Counted from the stretch's first letter, positions 1 through 10,418 are shown. The stretch is 64,000 nt of DNA from an uncultured Bacteroidales bacterium (GCA_905235675.1 CAJONC010000008.1:10299-74298); one strand, 5' to 3'. The notes: generated by a model not told the origin, from the letters alone. A program made the numbers and translations.

Positions 1-50
1 CCGAAACCGCTGCGGGTATCCTTCTTTCCGGTAACATTATATTTCTTCAT
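1..50 (-). CDS. transketolase C-terminal subunit, 5' end only (gene runs off the window)
   Basis: ATG at 48-50 on the minus strand reads MKKYNVTGKKDTRSGFG. It starts 1 nt after the stop of the N-terminal transketolase subunit, which is the usual split-tkt arrangement. Confidence 0.5.
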   Translation of the reverse strand, partial: MKKYNVTGKKDTRSGF

Positions 51-51
51 A

Positions 52-891
52 CTAATAATCTCCTAAGGTTTCTTTGAGTTGTTTGAGAGCTTCTGCGCAC
101 TGCTCCTCGCTGGGAGCCTTGCCGTGCCAGGTATGGCTGCCTGCCATGAAGTCCACTCCGTGGCCCATTTCGGTCTTGAAGAGTATCATCTTGGGCTTTC
201 CGTCTTTCTTGCGGGCGATTTCGAAGGCGCTCAGGATGGATTCGAAGTCGTGGCCGTCTGCAACTATCACGTCCCAGCCGAAGGCAAGCCATTTTTCGTT
301 CAGTTCCCCGATGCCGGTAACTGTCTCGATGGGGCCGTCTATCTGCATACCGTTCCAGTCGGTCATGGCGACGAGGTTGTCGAGCCCGTGGTGGAGTGCG
401 AACATTGCGGCTTCCCAAATCTGTCCTTCCTCGCTCTCGCCGTCGCCGCAGAGCACGAAGGCGCGGGTGTCATCGCCGTCAAGCTTCTTTGAGAGGGCGA
501 TGCCGGCAGCTGCCGAAAGACCCTGTCCGAGGGAACCGGAAGGCTGGAAGATGCCTTTGATGTGTCCTGTGCAGGGATGTCCCTGGAGATTGCTGCCGAA
601 TTTGCGGAGCGTGCCCATCTCTTTGGGATCGAAGTATCCTGCGCGCGCGAGTACGGAATAGTACACGGGGGCGAGGTGGCCTGCGGAAAGGATGAATGCA
701 TCCTGACCCTTGGCGTCCCTTGTCCAGGTTTCGGGGTCCTGCTTCATTTCGTTGAAATACAGGGCAGTAAGAATGTCGGTACTGCTCATTGATCCTCCGG
801 GATGGCCGGATTTTGCGGCCGTCACCATCCGCACGATGTCGCGGCGGACCTGGGAGGCGATGTCTGTTAGTTCCTGAATGGTTTTGCTCAT
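52..891 (-). CDS. transketolase, N-terminal (TPP-binding) subunit
   Basis: 279-aa ORF. Motifs GHPGGSMS, LSAGH and CGDGESEEGQIWEA (TPP-binding GDG) are typical of split transketolase subunit A. Confidence 0.9.
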   Translation of the reverse strand: MSKTIQELTDIASQVRRDIVRMVTAAKSGHPGGSMSSTDILTALYFNEMKQDPETWTRDAKGQDAFILSAGHLAPVYYSVLARAGYFDPKEMGTLRKFGSNLQGHPCTGHIKGIFQPSGSLGQGLSAAAGIALSKKLDGDDTRAFVLCGDGESEEGQIWEAAMFALHHGLDNLVAMTDWNGMQIDGPIETVTGIGELNEKWLAFGWDVIVADGHDFESILSAFEIARKKDGKPKMILFKTEMGHGVDFMAGSHTWHGKAPSEEQCAEALKQLKETLGDY

Positions 892-903
892 ATTGTAAAG
901 TAA

Positions 904-1797
904 TTACTTTGAATTTGCTTTCCTGCTTGCCTTGACTGCAACCTTCTGCATCAGTTTGGCTTCCTTGTCGCTGACCTCGTTTTCCGTGCCGGCATTGCGG
1001 AAGGAGTTGCCTTTGACGCTGACGCCGAGGGTGGGTTTTATAAGAGTTTCGAACCAGACGCAGGCGGTGGCGTAGCGTCCCTCGCGGAAGGACATGTGGA
1101 ATCCGTCGCGGGTGAGGTCCTTGTCGGTATTGAGCCAGGTGCCGCGGAGCTCCTGCACTGCGGGTCCGGAAGGAATCACCGTGTCGATGCCGTAGTCTTT
1201 GCGTAGCTTGTCCACGCAGAGCTGTATGCTGTCGAACATATATTGCCGGTTGTATGCGTAGTTGGCGAAGCTGCGGTTTGTATAGGTATGGGAATAGGCC
1301 CAGGTCTGGTGCCAGACTATGGCGGCGTCGGGATTGGAGCATTCCTTGCGGACTATCTCGATCAATTTGCCCAGCCAGGGGTCGTAGGTGTCCCAGCGGC
1401 CGCTGCTCGGGGAACCCTGCTGCATGGTTATGATGTCCCAGGGTTCATCGCCCAGGCCGTCCATGAAATGGCCTTCCTTGTGCCTCTTGACGGTTTCCCA
1501 CTTGTTTTTCGTGGATTTCATGTAAACATAGTCGCTGAGGTTCTCGTCGTATTCCCTGCAGTGCCTTTCGAGGGTGCAGCCTCCGATGTAGAGGCGCCCG
1601 ATAATCACGTTGTGGATGCCAGCGGCTTCCAGAAGGTCGGGAAGATACTGGGTGGCGTCGTCGGAAAAGCTGTTTCCTATCGCGAGTATCCGAAGGGTGT
1701 CGGGATTCTGGGGAAGGGGATGGTTGGGATATTTGTCCTGTGCGGATGCGCACAACGCAATGATGACAGCTGTAAAAATCAGGAAAAATCTTTTCAT
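904..1797 (-). CDS. secreted SGNH-like hydrolase (DUF4886-like)
   Basis: 297 aa with a signal peptide (MKRFFLIFTAVIIALCASAQ). ILAIGNSFSDDA resembles SGNH block I. Family recognised by eye only. Confidence 0.55.
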   Translation of the reverse strand: MKRFFLIFTAVIIALCASAQDKYPNHPLPQNPDTLRILAIGNSFSDDATQYLPDLLEAAGIHNVIIGRLYIGGCTLERHCREYDENLSDYVYMKSTKNKWETVKRHKEGHFMDGLGDEPWDIITMQQGSPSSGRWDTYDPWLGKLIEIVRKECSNPDAAIVWHQTWAYSHTYTNRSFANYAYNRQYMFDSIQLCVDKLRKDYGIDTVIPSGPAVQELRGTWLNTDKDLTRDGFHMSFREGRYATACVWFETLIKPTLGVSVKGNSFRNAGTENEVSDKEAKLMQKVAVKASRKANSK

Positions 1798-1811
1798 AAA
1801 AGCCTTTTTTC

Positions 1812-1819
1812 TATATTTG
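1812..1819 (+). promoter_or_regulatory. Bacteroidetes-type -7 promoter box (TATATTTG) upstream of menG/ubiE
   Basis: Exact match to TAnnTTTG, 19 nt upstream of the ATG at 1839. Confidence 0.4.
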
Positions 1820-1838
1820 CAGTAAAGTTAATAATTTG

Positions 1839-2522
1839 ATGCCGAAAAAAGAAAAAATAAAGCAGATGTTTGACAGTATCGCCCCTCAATACGATACATT
1901 CAACCATCTTACATCGCTTGGCATCGACAGGGCCTGGCGCCGGAGGGCCCTCCGCCACATCTACGGTCCGCAGGTGCTGGACGTGGCCTGCGGCACGGGG
2001 GATTTCGCCATCGCAATAGCCCGCAAACGCTGCTGTTCCGTTACTGGAGTGGATATTTCGGAAGGAATGCTGGAAGTGATGCGCCGCAAGGTCGCCGATG
2101 CGGGCCTGGAGAAGAACATCAGCGCCGAAACGGGGGACTGCGCCTCGCTGCGTTTTCCCGGGAGCTGGTTCGACAATGTCACTGTCGCTTTCGGCGTGAG
2201 GAATTTTGAAGACCGCGAAGCCTGCCTTAAAGAGATACTGCGCGTGCTGCGTCCCGGGGGAACTTTCGTCATGCTCGAACTCGGAGTCCCCGGTTTCAAG
2301 CCTTTCAGGAAACTCTATGAATGGTATTTCACGAAGGTGATGCCGCGTATTGGCGGAAAACTGTCCGGAAATGAAGATGCTTACCGCTATCTTCCCGCAT
2401 CGGTGCAGAACTTCCCCAGGCCCAAGGAGTGGAAGGCGTTCATGCGTTCCTGCGGCTTTACGGATGTCCGCCATCATGCCCTGAGTTTCGGCATCTGCCG
2501 TCTTTATACAGGAAGAAGATAA
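1839..2522 (+). CDS. menG: demethylmenaquinone / ubiquinone-menaquinone methyltransferase
   Basis: N-terminus MFDSIAPQYDTFNHLTSLGIDRAWRR and SAM motif LDVACGTGD are classic UbiE/MenG. The track ORF starts at TTG 1836; the ATG is at 1839. Confidence 0.9.
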   Translation: MPKKEKIKQMFDSIAPQYDTFNHLTSLGIDRAWRRRALRHIYGPQVLDVACGTGDFAIAIARKRCCSVTGVDISEGMLEVMRRKVADAGLEKNISAETGDCASLRFPGSWFDNVTVAFGVRNFEDREACLKEILRVLRPGGTFVMLELGVPGFKPFRKLYEWYFTKVMPRIGGKLSGNEDAYRYLPASVQNFPRPKEWKAFMRSCGFTDVRHHALSFGICRLYTGRR

Positions 2523-2523
2523 T

Positions 2524-2868
2524 ATGAAAGACAACGATTGGAAAAGCCGTCTGGGAGTGGTCTATTCAACCAATCCCGACTTTCAATACACAACTGCGGA
2601 CGCCTCTGAGGCCGATACACTCCCTCCGGAAAAGCAGCGCCTCTTAGTAACTATAGACCGCCGCCAGCGTGCCGGCAAGCAGGTCACCCTCGTAAAGGGA
2701 TTTGTCGGAACTTCCGAAGACCTCGCCGCCCTCGCCAAAACGCTCAAGACCAAATGCGGGGTAGGGGGCACGGCCAAGGACGGGGAGATAACCATCCAGG
2801 GCGACCTCCGCGACAAAGTGACCGCCCTTCTCCAGGGCATGGGCTATAACGCCAAAAGGGGGAATTAG
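2524..2868 (+). CDS. SUI1/YciH-family translation initiation factor
   Basis: 114 aa. The stretch VTLVKGF...LAKTLKTKCGVGGTAKDGEITIQGD is a SUI1 domain. Confidence 0.85.
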   Translation: MKDNDWKSRLGVVYSTNPDFQYTTADASEADTLPPEKQRLLVTIDRRQRAGKQVTLVKGFVGTSEDLAALAKTLKTKCGVGGTAKDGEITIQGDLRDKVTALLQGMGYNAKRGN

Positions 2869-3803
2869 TACAGCAGGGCGAGCATGAAAGTGCTCATCAC
2901 CAGCATGGGCAGGTATTTGTCCAGAGCCCTGCCGGTATTGGCCCATATACCTTTGAGATGAATATAATACAGCGGCAGCGTCAGCAGGTAGAGCAGGCGC
3001 CATGGGCTGCTGAAATGCATCATGGTATAGGCTATAAGGCAGGCCCAGCCAAGGCAGATCAGCACTGTCTGGTATATCCTCGCGTTCTTCAGACCGAGTT
3101 TCAGGGCTACGGTAACACGGTTGGGAGCATCCGTCTTCATGTCCCTTATATTGTTGACGTTCAAAACTCCTATGCTGAAAAAACCTATCCCCGCCGCGGG
3201 CAGTACCAGGCTCCAGTCATCCATCCTGTGACAGCACACGAAATAGGCCCCCAGCACGCTCACAAGCCCGAAAAACACGAACACCCAGAAATCACCCCCG
3301 GCCCTGTATCCGTAGGGATTCTTCCCGAGGGTATATTTTACGGCCGCGGCTATCGCCCCTGCACCCAGAAGCAGCAGTAACACTGACGGCAGGCACAGCA
3401 GGGTGCCGAACGAAAGCCATACCATCGCCGTGCCGAAAACCACGCAGCATGCCGCGGCGCCCGCAATCAGCCGCTTCATATCCTTTACAGTCAGGGCTCC
3501 GGAGTTCAGCCCGTACGCAGGGCCCTGGCGATCTTCGGTGTCGGTTCCGTGCAGCACGTCCCCAAGCTCATTGCTGAGGTTGGAAAGTATCTGCAGGCTC
3601 ACGGTGGTAAGCGCCAGCAGCACTATCACCGAAGGATTGACCTGCCATACCCTCCATGCCAGCTTTGCTCCTATCAGCACTCCGGCCAGCGACAGCGGCA
3701 GCGTCCGCAGCCTCATCGACTTCAGCGCAGATCCCGTCTTGCCGTTTTGTTTCAACTCGTTATCCATCAGTTTTACAGTCAGATTATTCCGTTGAAGGCT
3801 CAT
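2865..3803 (-). CDS. menA: 1,4-dihydroxy-2-naphthoate polyprenyltransferase (UbiA family)
   Basis: Polytopic membrane protein with UbiA-type NxxxD / D-rich motifs (NLSNELGD, NNIRDMKTD). Adjacent to menG. An alternative start at 3767 (MDNELK) would avoid the overlap with tatC. Confidence 0.8.
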   Translation of the reverse strand: MSLQRNNLTVKLMDNELKQNGKTGSALKSMRLRTLPLSLAGVLIGAKLAWRVWQVNPSVIVLLALTTVSLQILSNLSNELGDVLHGTDTEDRQGPAYGLNSGALTVKDMKRLIAGAAACCVVFGTAMVWLSFGTLLCLPSVLLLLLGAGAIAAAVKYTLGKNPYGYRAGGDFWVFVFFGLVSVLGAYFVCCHRMDDWSLVLPAAGIGFFSIGVLNVNNIRDMKTDAPNRVTVALKLGLKNARIYQTVLICLGWACLIAYTMMHFSSPWRLLYLLTLPLYYIHLKGIWANTGRALDKYLPMLVMSTFMLALLY

Positions 3804-4557
3804 CGGTCCCGCCCTCCCGTGGCACCAGCAGAATCGAGAATTCGTACAGCAGGTACAGCGGCAGGAACACCACCATCAGGGTAAACGGATCTCCCGTAGG
3901 GGTTATGACCGCCGCGAGCATCAGCAGGACCACTATTGCGTAGCGGCGCCAGCTGCGCAGCGTGCTTTTGTTTACCAGCCCGAGCCTGCCGAGCAGCCAC
4001 GCGAGCACCGGCAGTTCGAACACCACGCCCATGATGAAGGTCATCGTGAGGAAGATGGACATGTAGGAGTTGAGGGAGATGGTGTTGGTTATCTCGGATC
4101 CGAGCCTGTAGCTTGTCAGGAACCTGAAGGTGATGGGGAAAATTACGACGTAGGTAAGTGCGCAGCCCATATAGAACAGCACGGTGCTGCCTGCGAACGC
4201 GGTGCGGACTCCCTTGATTTCGTTTTCGTAGAGGGCGGGCCGCACGAATACCCATATCTGGTAAAGGAGGAAGGGGAACACCAGCAGCAGGGACAGCCAG
4301 AGCGACACGCTCATGTGCGTGAGGAACTGCGATGCCACGTTGATGTTGATGATTGGCACATCGGCGCCTTCACCCATCACGACGCCTATCCATTTATATG
4401 CGAAAAAATCGGCCTTGGAGGCGCCCAGAATCCATTTGTCGAAGATATGGGGCAGGACGGAAAACACCCCCGCGAATGCCACGGCCACAGCTATGAGCAT
4501 CCGGAAGATGCACCACCTGAGTTCTTCGAGGTGGTCCCAGAACGACATCTCGGCCAT
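3784..4557 (-). CDS. tatC: twin-arginine translocase subunit TatC
   Basis: 257 aa. Starts MSFWDHLEELRWCIFR, has a 6-TM profile, and lies directly downstream of tatA. Confidence 0.9.
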   Translation of the reverse strand: MAEMSFWDHLEELRWCIFRMLIAVAVAFAGVFSVLPHIFDKWILGASKADFFAYKWIGVVMGEGADVPIININVASQFLTHMSVSLWLSLLLVFPFLLYQIWVFVRPALYENEIKGVRTAFAGSTVLFYMGCALTYVVIFPITFRFLTSYRLGSEITNTISLNSYMSIFLTMTFIMGVVFELPVLAWLLGRLGLVNKSTLRSWRRYAIVVLLMLAAVITPTGDPFTLMVVFLPLYLLYEFSILLVPREGGTDEPSTE

Positions 4558-4563
4558 AGGAAA

Positions 4564-4776
4564 CTATTCCTCGGAGTCCTTCTTGCCGTTGGCCTGATCG
4601 TCGATATCCTTTATTTCCTTTTCGACATCGTTGAGGCCGTCCTTGAAGCTGCGGACGCCCTTGCCGACACCCTTCATGAGTTCGGGAATCTTCTTGCCGC
4701 CGAAAAGAAGAAGGATTACCAGGGCGATGATGATGATTTCGCCTGTTCCGAAATTTAAAATCAACAAATTATGCAT
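4564..4776 (-). CDS. tatA: twin-arginine translocase subunit TatA/E
   Basis: A single TM followed by an amphipathic helix ([21 protein letters not shown]). The ATG at 4776 lies inside the track ORF, whose TTG is at 4782. Confidence 0.85.
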   Translation of the reverse strand: MHNLLILNFGTGEIIIIALVILLLFGGKKIPELMKGVGKGVRSFKDGLNDVEKEIKDIDDQANGKKDSEE

Positions 4777-4778
4777 AA

Positions 4779-6560
4779 TCAATCCAATTTAAGTACAGCC
4801 ATGAATGCGCTCTGGGGCACCTGTACCTTGCCTATCTGGCGCATGCGTTTTTTGCCCTCTTTCTGCTTCTCGAGCAGCTTGCGCTTGCGGGTGACATCTC
4901 CTCCGTAGCATTTGGCGGTCACGTCCTTGCGCACCTGTTTCACCGTTTCGCGGGCGATTATCTTGGCCCCGATTGCAGCCTGGATGGGGATGTCGAACTG
5001 CTGGCGGGGGATGAGATCCTTGAGTTTTACGCACATCTTCCGCCCGAAATCGTAGGCGTTGTCTTCGTGGATCAGGGTGGAAAGTGCGTCGGCGGGCTCT
5101 CCGTTGAGGAGTATGTCCAGCTTGACAAGGCGGGCGGGACGGTAGTCGCTGATGTGGTAGTCGAAGGATGCGTAGCCCTTGGAGATGCTCTTGAGTTTGT
5201 CGTAGAAGTCGAAGACTATCTCGGAGAGGGGCATGTCGTAGTTCAGCTCCACGCGGTCGGAAGTGATGTAGTGCTGGCTTACGAGGGTGCCGCGCTTGTC
5301 GAGGCAGAGCTTCATCACCGGCCCGAAGAATTCGGCCTTGGAGATTATCTGGGCACGGATGTAAGGCTCTTCGATATGGTCGATGAGTGTGGGGGCTGGG
5401 AGTCCGGACGGATTGTGTACGTCGAGTACTTCCCCCTGGGTGGTGTAAACCTTGTAAGATACGTTGGGAACAGTGGTTATCACGTCCATGTCGAACTCGC
5501 GGAAGAGCCTTTCCTGCACAATCTCGAGGTGCAGCAGTCCGAGGAAGCCGCAGCGGAAGCCGGATCCCAGGGCGAGGGAGCTTTCAGGTTCGTAGACGAA
5601 GGAGGCGTCGTTGAGCTGGAATTTCTCCAGCACGGTACGCAGTTCTTCGAATTTGTCGGCCTGGACGGGGTACATGCCCGCGAAGACCATGGGTTTCACC
5701 TCTTCGAAGCCCGCGATGGCCTCAGTGCAAGGGTTGTCGTATCCGGTGATCGTGTCGCCCACTTTGACTTCGGCGGCGCTCTTGATGCCGGAGATTATGT
5801 ATCCCACGTCGCCGCATCCCACTTCGGAAGTGGGCACGAGTTTCATCCGTAGTATTCCTATCTCTTCGGCGTCGTAGTCCATGCCGGTATTGAAGAACTT
5901 GACTTTCTGCCCTTTGTGCAGGGTGCCGTTCTTGACCTTGAAGTAGGCAATGACTCCGCGGAAGGGATTGAATACCGAGTCGAAGATGAGTGCCTGCAGG
6001 GGTGCGTCGGGGTCGCCCTGCGGTGCGGGAATCTTCTCCACTATGGCGTCCAGTATGGGCTCCACCCCTTCGCCTGTGCGGGCGGATATGCGGAAAATGT
6101 CGTCGGGATTGCAGCCGATGAGGTCGACTATCTGGTCGGCCACCACGTCGGGCTGTGCGGAATCCATGTCTATCTTGTTCAGGATGGGAATGATCTCCAG
6201 CCCGTGGTCTATGGCCTGGTAAAGATTTGCAATCGTCTGCGCCTGAACGCCCTGCGATGCATCCACGACCAGCAGCGCCCCTTCGCAGGAGGCTATGGAA
6301 CGCGATACTTCATAACTGAAGTCCACGTGGCCGGGAGTGTCGATAAGGTTGAGGATATGGCCCTTGTACTGCATCTGGATTGCGTGGCTCTTGATGGTGA
6401 TGCCCTTTTCCCTCTCCAGATCCATGTCGTCGAGCACCTGGGCCTCCATGTCGCGCTCGCTGAGAGTCTTGGTAAGCTCCAGCAGACGGTCGGCCAGAGT
6501 GCTTTTCCCGTGGTCGATATGCGCGATTATGCAGAAGTTGCGTATGTTCTTCATGTCCAT
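4779..6560 (-). CDS. lepA: elongation factor 4
   Basis: 593 aa. [31 protein letters not shown] and NKID GTPase motifs are present, plus the LepA C-terminal domain. Confidence 0.97.
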   Translation of the reverse strand: MDMKNIRNFCIIAHIDHGKSTLADRLLELTKTLSERDMEAQVLDDMDLEREKGITIKSHAIQMQYKGHILNLIDTPGHVDFSYEVSRSIASCEGALLVVDASQGVQAQTIANLYQAIDHGLEIIPILNKIDMDSAQPDVVADQIVDLIGCNPDDIFRISARTGEGVEPILDAIVEKIPAPQGDPDAPLQALIFDSVFNPFRGVIAYFKVKNGTLHKGQKVKFFNTGMDYDAEEIGILRMKLVPTSEVGCGDVGYIISGIKSAAEVKVGDTITGYDNPCTEAIAGFEEVKPMVFAGMYPVQADKFEELRTVLEKFQLNDASFVYEPESSLALGSGFRCGFLGLLHLEIVQERLFREFDMDVITTVPNVSYKVYTTQGEVLDVHNPSGLPAPTLIDHIEEPYIRAQIISKAEFFGPVMKLCLDKRGTLVSQHYITSDRVELNYDMPLSEIVFDFYDKLKSISKGYASFDYHISDYRPARLVKLDILLNGEPADALSTLIHEDNAYDFGRKMCVKLKDLIPRQQFDIPIQAAIGAKIIARETVKQVRKDVTAKCYGGDVTRKRKLLEKQKEGKKRMRQIGKVQVPQSAFMAVLKLD

Positions 6561-6589
6561 ATCCTACAAAAATAATAATTTTTGTGAAA

Positions 6590-6820
6590 CTACGGAACAG
6601 GGTCGTAGCCGCTGCCGCCCCATGGGTGGCAACGGAGTATGCGCTTGAGGGAAAGCCAGAAGCCTTTGAAAGGGCCGTATTTGCGGAAGGCTTCGAGGGC
6701 GTACTGGCTGCAGGTGGGGGTGAAGCGGCAGGTGGGGGGCTTGAGCGGGGAGATGCAGACCTGATAGAATTTTATCAGGAGGATGAAGGGAGCGCTCAGT
6801 ATTTTTTTCAGCAGGTTCAT
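6590..6820 (-). CDS. yidD: membrane protein insertion efficiency factor YidD
   Basis: 76 aa with the [14 protein letters not shown]...RCHPW signature. Confidence 0.9.
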   Translation of the reverse strand: MNLLKKILSAPFILLIKFYQVCISPLKPPTCRFTPTCSQYALEAFRKYGPFKGFWLSLKRILRCHPWGGSGYDPVP

Positions 6821-7218
6821 GATTTCCCGGTATCTTCCGGCAGGCTCTTGATGCGCGAAAGTATTGCCGCAACTTCGGTGCTGACTGTGTCAAAATCCGC
6901 AAGTTCCGCACTGTTGTACTGGAACATCAGGTCGACGCCCGCAATCTTCCGCACACGGTAGGCCTCCCTGATGCGGCGTTTCAGAAGGTTGCGCTTCACC
7001 GCACGTTTGAAATATTTTTTCGGAACCGATACCAGAATCCGCCCCGGCAGCACTTCCCCAGGCCAGGCAGCGTCGGGATGCGATCCGCTTTCCCTTTCCC
7101 GCCAGCAATAGCGGAAATGACCGTACACACCCCACTTGCCGTCGGCGAGAAGGGTGGAGATTGACTTCTTGCCGGACAGCCGCTCAGATTTGCTCAGCGT
7201 GTTGCCCCAGGAAGCCAT
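6817..7218 (-). CDS. rnpA: ribonuclease P protein component
   Basis: 133 aa and basic. Contains the [22 protein letters not shown] (RNR-like) motif and overlaps yidD by 4 nt. Confidence 0.8.
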   Translation of the reverse strand: MASWGNTLSKSERLSGKKSISTLLADGKWGVYGHFRYCWRERESGSHPDAAWPGEVLPGRILVSVPKKYFKRAVKRNLLKRRIREAYRVRKIAGVDLMFQYNSAELADFDTVSTEVAAILSRIKSLPEDTGKS

Positions 7219-7222
7219 GGTC

Positions 7223-7954
7223 TTATTTGTTTTGCAGATAAAGTTCTATGGCCTTTGCCACGGAAGGAGCTTCGGGAGTGGGCCCCTGGATGTCGATGCG
7301 CAGCCCTGCGTCTTCCATGGCTTTTGCTATTCCGCGGCCGTATGCCACAAACTTCGTGTCGCCCTGCTTGAAATCGGGGAAGTTCTCGTAGAGGGACTTC
7401 ACGTCGGCGGAGTTGTACATTGCCACGATGTCGTAGGATGCGGGATTGATATCCTTGAGATCTTCGGTGACGCTCTTTACGAGCTCGGCCTCGCTGTATT
7501 CCACTCCGGCTCCTGCAAGCAGGGAAGTGAGGGCGTCGGCATTGGCTCCGGCAGACTTGGTGACGAGGAACCTCTCGCCCTTGTGCTTGGGGCCTATCAG
7601 CTCGACTATCGATTCCTGAGTGCCGGTACCGTAGAAAATCTTGCGCTTGCGATATACTATATGTTTCTGAAGATACATTGCCACAAGTTCGGAGGAGCAG
7701 AAATACTTCATGGTTTCGGGCACCTTGAACCTGAGTTCTTCACAAAGTTTGAAATATGCGTCGATTGTGTGTCTGGAAGAGAACACAATGGCGGTATAAT
7801 CGGGAAGATTGATTTTTTGCTCCCTGAATTCGCGTGAAGTCAAAGGCTCAATGCGGAAGAAAGGCCTGAACTCCAACTCTGCGCCATATTTCGATACGAG
7901 CGTCTCGTATGCGGTCATCTTGGCGGGAGCCTTCTGTGAAATCAATATTTTCAT
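7223..7954 (-). CDS. uroporphyrinogen-III synthase-like (HemD-fold) protein
   Basis: The sequence from MKILISQ onward resembles the HemD-like protein that sits in the Bacteroidales DUF4271-hemD-rnpA-yidD cluster. ATG chosen at 7954; the track ORF extends to 7990. Confidence 0.65.
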   Translation of the reverse strand: MKILISQKAPAKMTAYETLVSKYGAELEFRPFFRIEPLTSREFREQKINLPDYTAIVFSSRHTIDAYFKLCEELRFKVPETMKYFCSSELVAMYLQKHIVYRKRKIFYGTGTQESIVELIGPKHKGERFLVTKSAGANADALTSLLAGAGVEYSEAELVKSVTEDLKDINPASYDIVAMYNSADVKSLYENFPDFKQGDTKFVAYGRGIAKAMEDAGLRIDIQGPTPEAPSVAKAIELYLQNK

Positions 7955-7971
7955 ACTAAACGTGTTATCTG

Positions 7972-8694
7972 CTACAGCAGGAGCACGCACAGGGCGAGGA
8001 CCGCTACGGGCAGAAATTCAAGGCCGCAAAGATACAAAAATGTTCGCAAACCCGAACAATTCGCCCCCAAAATCTGCTTTTCCCGCCATATCGAAATACA
8101 CCAAAGCACAATGCCTTCGCACCATATTACATGCCGGACAATTTCGTCGCAGGAGTGAGTGAATACGAATACGCAAAGCGTGAGCAGCACGCCGAGGGTG
8201 AATATGATGAAATAATTGTAGAAGCCCTTCCGCACGGCCGATCCGGTTTCGTGGTCCAGCCTCGGAGGGAATGCCGCAAAAATCAACGCGTGCAGGATAA
8301 CCCTCAGCAGAACGAAGCCGAGCACCATGCCTGCAATTTCTGCGAGCCTCAGCCAGGGCTCAGACCACGGCGCCAAATAGTCCGCAGGCAGGAGGTCGTA
8401 TCTGTCCGCCACCACTATGAAAGGGATGAAAAGCATTCTGGCACAGTAGTTCCTGGATCTTGCCACGCTAAGGCTGTGCTCGATTTCGATATTGCCCCTC
8501 CTGCGCGACAGCCCCCCCGTCAGCGCCGGCATCAGCTGCCGAAGCTCCGGCAGCACTACCAGCAGGACCACGGCCGCGGCCACCGTCATCCACCTGTGCT
8601 CGGGATAGTCCGCCCAGCCCGGCAAAGCCGCAGCCATGTCCGGAACCGTAGAAAGATGCAGTGAACCCAAATCCATATACCGCGAAATTAACAT
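7972..8694 (-). CDS. DUF4271-like polytopic membrane protein
   Basis: 240 aa with multiple TM helices. Assigned by its conserved position upstream of the hemD-like gene. Confidence 0.55.
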   Translation of the reverse strand: MLISRYMDLGSLHLSTVPDMAAALPGWADYPEHRWMTVAAAVVLLVVLPELRQLMPALTGGLSRRRGNIEIEHSLSVARSRNYCARMLFIPFIVVADRYDLLPADYLAPWSEPWLRLAEIAGMVLGFVLLRVILHALIFAAFPPRLDHETGSAVRKGFYNYFIIFTLGVLLTLCVFVFTHSCDEIVRHVIWCEGIVLWCISIWREKQILGANCSGLRTFLYLCGLEFLPVAVLALCVLLL

Positions 8695-8778
8695 ATTTTT
8701 CGCTTTTTTCTAAACTCGCACGTAAAGTAAATATGCAGTGTACACGACTAACGCCACCTCGCACTGAGGAGGAAAATG

Positions 8779-10028
8779 CTATAGTTCATCCCAGCGTGCT
8801 GAATATGCGCCAAGCAATTTGGGGGGTATCTGCAATTTTGTGGCTGTCGCGCGCCAGTCTTTGATAGCGTCGCGGACCTCCTCGATAATTGTTGCTGCCT
8901 CCTGTTTCTCAATCATATAACTCTCGCTTGCGGAGAGCAGGGCATTTATGTCCGACTGCTCGGTGTTTGAGTTGACAAGCAGACATTGATGCGACTTCAC
9001 TCCAGGGTTGATATCGTATGCAGGCGAGAGGGTCCAGCCTTTAGGAGTAAGCAGGAATCCGTGATTGCGGAAGTGGTCATCGGTGTTGCCGAACAAGATG
9101 TTGAATGCCACCCTGCGGTATAGTTCCCGTAGATTATACCATACGTCGGTGCAGCCTCGGAGGATGAAATCCACTATATCCAGATAACCGTTGCCAGTGT
9201 TGCTGCCGGCGCCATCGTCAAGACCGAGCAAAGACAAAGCGGAGGCAAAGTGAATCCGACGACCATCCTCTGTCCTGTCGAAACGTTCGGAGAGTAGTAT
9301 ATCGTGGTCTTTTGAAATCCGTATGGTATGTGTCTTCGCCGCTTTGATGCCAGCATTGGCGGCAAGTTGATGCGAGAAGTGTTCTATGAGTTCCGTATTC
9401 TCCAAGTCTGTTCTTGATGGGAATTTCGCAATGTACAGTTTTCCGTCAGTATCGATGACATTAGCCTTGGACGGGCTCCGCCAAGCGATGTCCCCGGGTC
9501 GATCAGTTGGTCAAGCCAGCGCTGTTCCGGCAAATCGTTACGTTCTTCCGCCAGTTCAATCTCACGGCAGGCATTGCATAGGGCGCGAAGATTTTCAATG
9601 GGAGGAATATGATATTTTGCACTTGCTCCCATATAATCATCGTAGCCTTCCTCTTTGTAACGCAGGCCGCCCATTCGCGTAAAGTCTTCAATTCCGATAA
9701 GGTAGTCGTAATCAGTTAGCTGACGCTTGGGTCTTCCTTCTGATTGTGCCATCAGCCGCTCTCTGCGGTCAAGTAACAACCGTCCCCAACGGTCGGGGAA
9801 AGAGTCCTTGACGAAACCGAACACATTACTCTCTCCACGTGGATGCTGCAACGAAGGAAAGTTCATCAAATCACCGCTCAGCATAATCCCTCCGTGTTGT
9901 TTCAGCCATTGGTGCGAATACTGAAAGACAAAATGATCTTTGCCACGAATATGTTCGTAGCCTAAAGTCCCGAGTTCCTGTGGATCAGCAAGGAAATCGA
10001 AATCTGCGTAAACTGTTATCCTTCTCAT
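8779..10028 (-). pseudogene. hipA: HipA-family serine/threonine kinase toxin, disrupted by a 1-nt deletion
   Basis: The N-terminal ORF (9384-10028) ends ...LIDPGTSLGGARP and then runs out of frame. The other frame continues KANVIDTDGKLYIAKFPSRTDLENTELIEH... into ORF 8779-9405, which carries the kinase catalytic motif NTDDHFRNHGFL. The frames meet at about 9466-9470 (cgtcc-aaggct). Inserting one nt restores a HipA of about 416 aa. Confidence 0.8.
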
Positions 10029-10324
10029 TGTCCCAGTAGTTCTGCATCTTGAAGCTGCCTGCCAAGTGCATCATCTGCAGCAATCAAGGTGATATCTTTT
10101 TCCAGATTAAGTGCAAAAAGTACGCGCGCATAGATGCCCATAGAAACCGTCGGGTCTCCATGTTCTACTTTGGAGACAGTCAGTCGTGTCACAGTTGCCC
10201 TGTCTGCTATGTCCTGCATAGAATAATGCCTGCGCTTGCGTGCCAGCATAATTTGCTCACCCATGATTGCCAGGTTCTGGCTCAAGGTCCTCGGCATCGT
10301 TTTACCAAATGTGTTTTTCCCCAT
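10025..10324 (-). CDS. hipB: XRE-family HTH antitoxin (HipB-like)
   Basis: 99 aa with the HTH MLARKRRHYSMQDIADRATVTRLTVSKVEHG. Its stop overlaps the hipA start (ATGA). Confidence 0.8.
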   Translation of the reverse strand: MGKNTFGKTMPRTLSQNLAIMGEQIMLARKRRHYSMQDIADRATVTRLTVSKVEHGDPTVSMGIYARVLFALNLEKDITLIAADDALGRQLQDAELLGQ

Positions 10325-10344
10325 AATTGTAATTTATAGGGTAC

Positions 10345-10352
10345 AAAAATAA
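10345..10352 (-). promoter_or_regulatory. -7 promoter box (TATTTTTG on the minus strand) for hipBA
   Basis: Matches TAnnTTTG, 20 nt upstream of the hipB ATG. An AACATtatATGTT palindrome lies just upstream and is a possible operator. Confidence 0.3.
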
Positions 10353-10418
10353 CATATAATGTTCAATATAACAAACATTTTCCTTAGCCCGCAGGTCCGC
10401 CTCCTGAAAATCAAGCAC

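Noticed and set aside
479-1342. 287-aa minus-strand ORF spanning the transketolase/DUF4886 boundary, and similar ORFs such as 1794-2534, 18492-19469, 23220-23897 and 50035-50784
   Set aside because: They overlap better-supported genes in other frames or on the other strand, and they lack motifs or plausible starts.
7223-8694. The hemD-like gene next to rnpA/yidD as something unusual
   Set aside because: As far as I recall, this DUF4271-hemD-like-rnpA-yidD arrangement is a common conserved Bacteroidales cluster. It is ordinary for this lineage.
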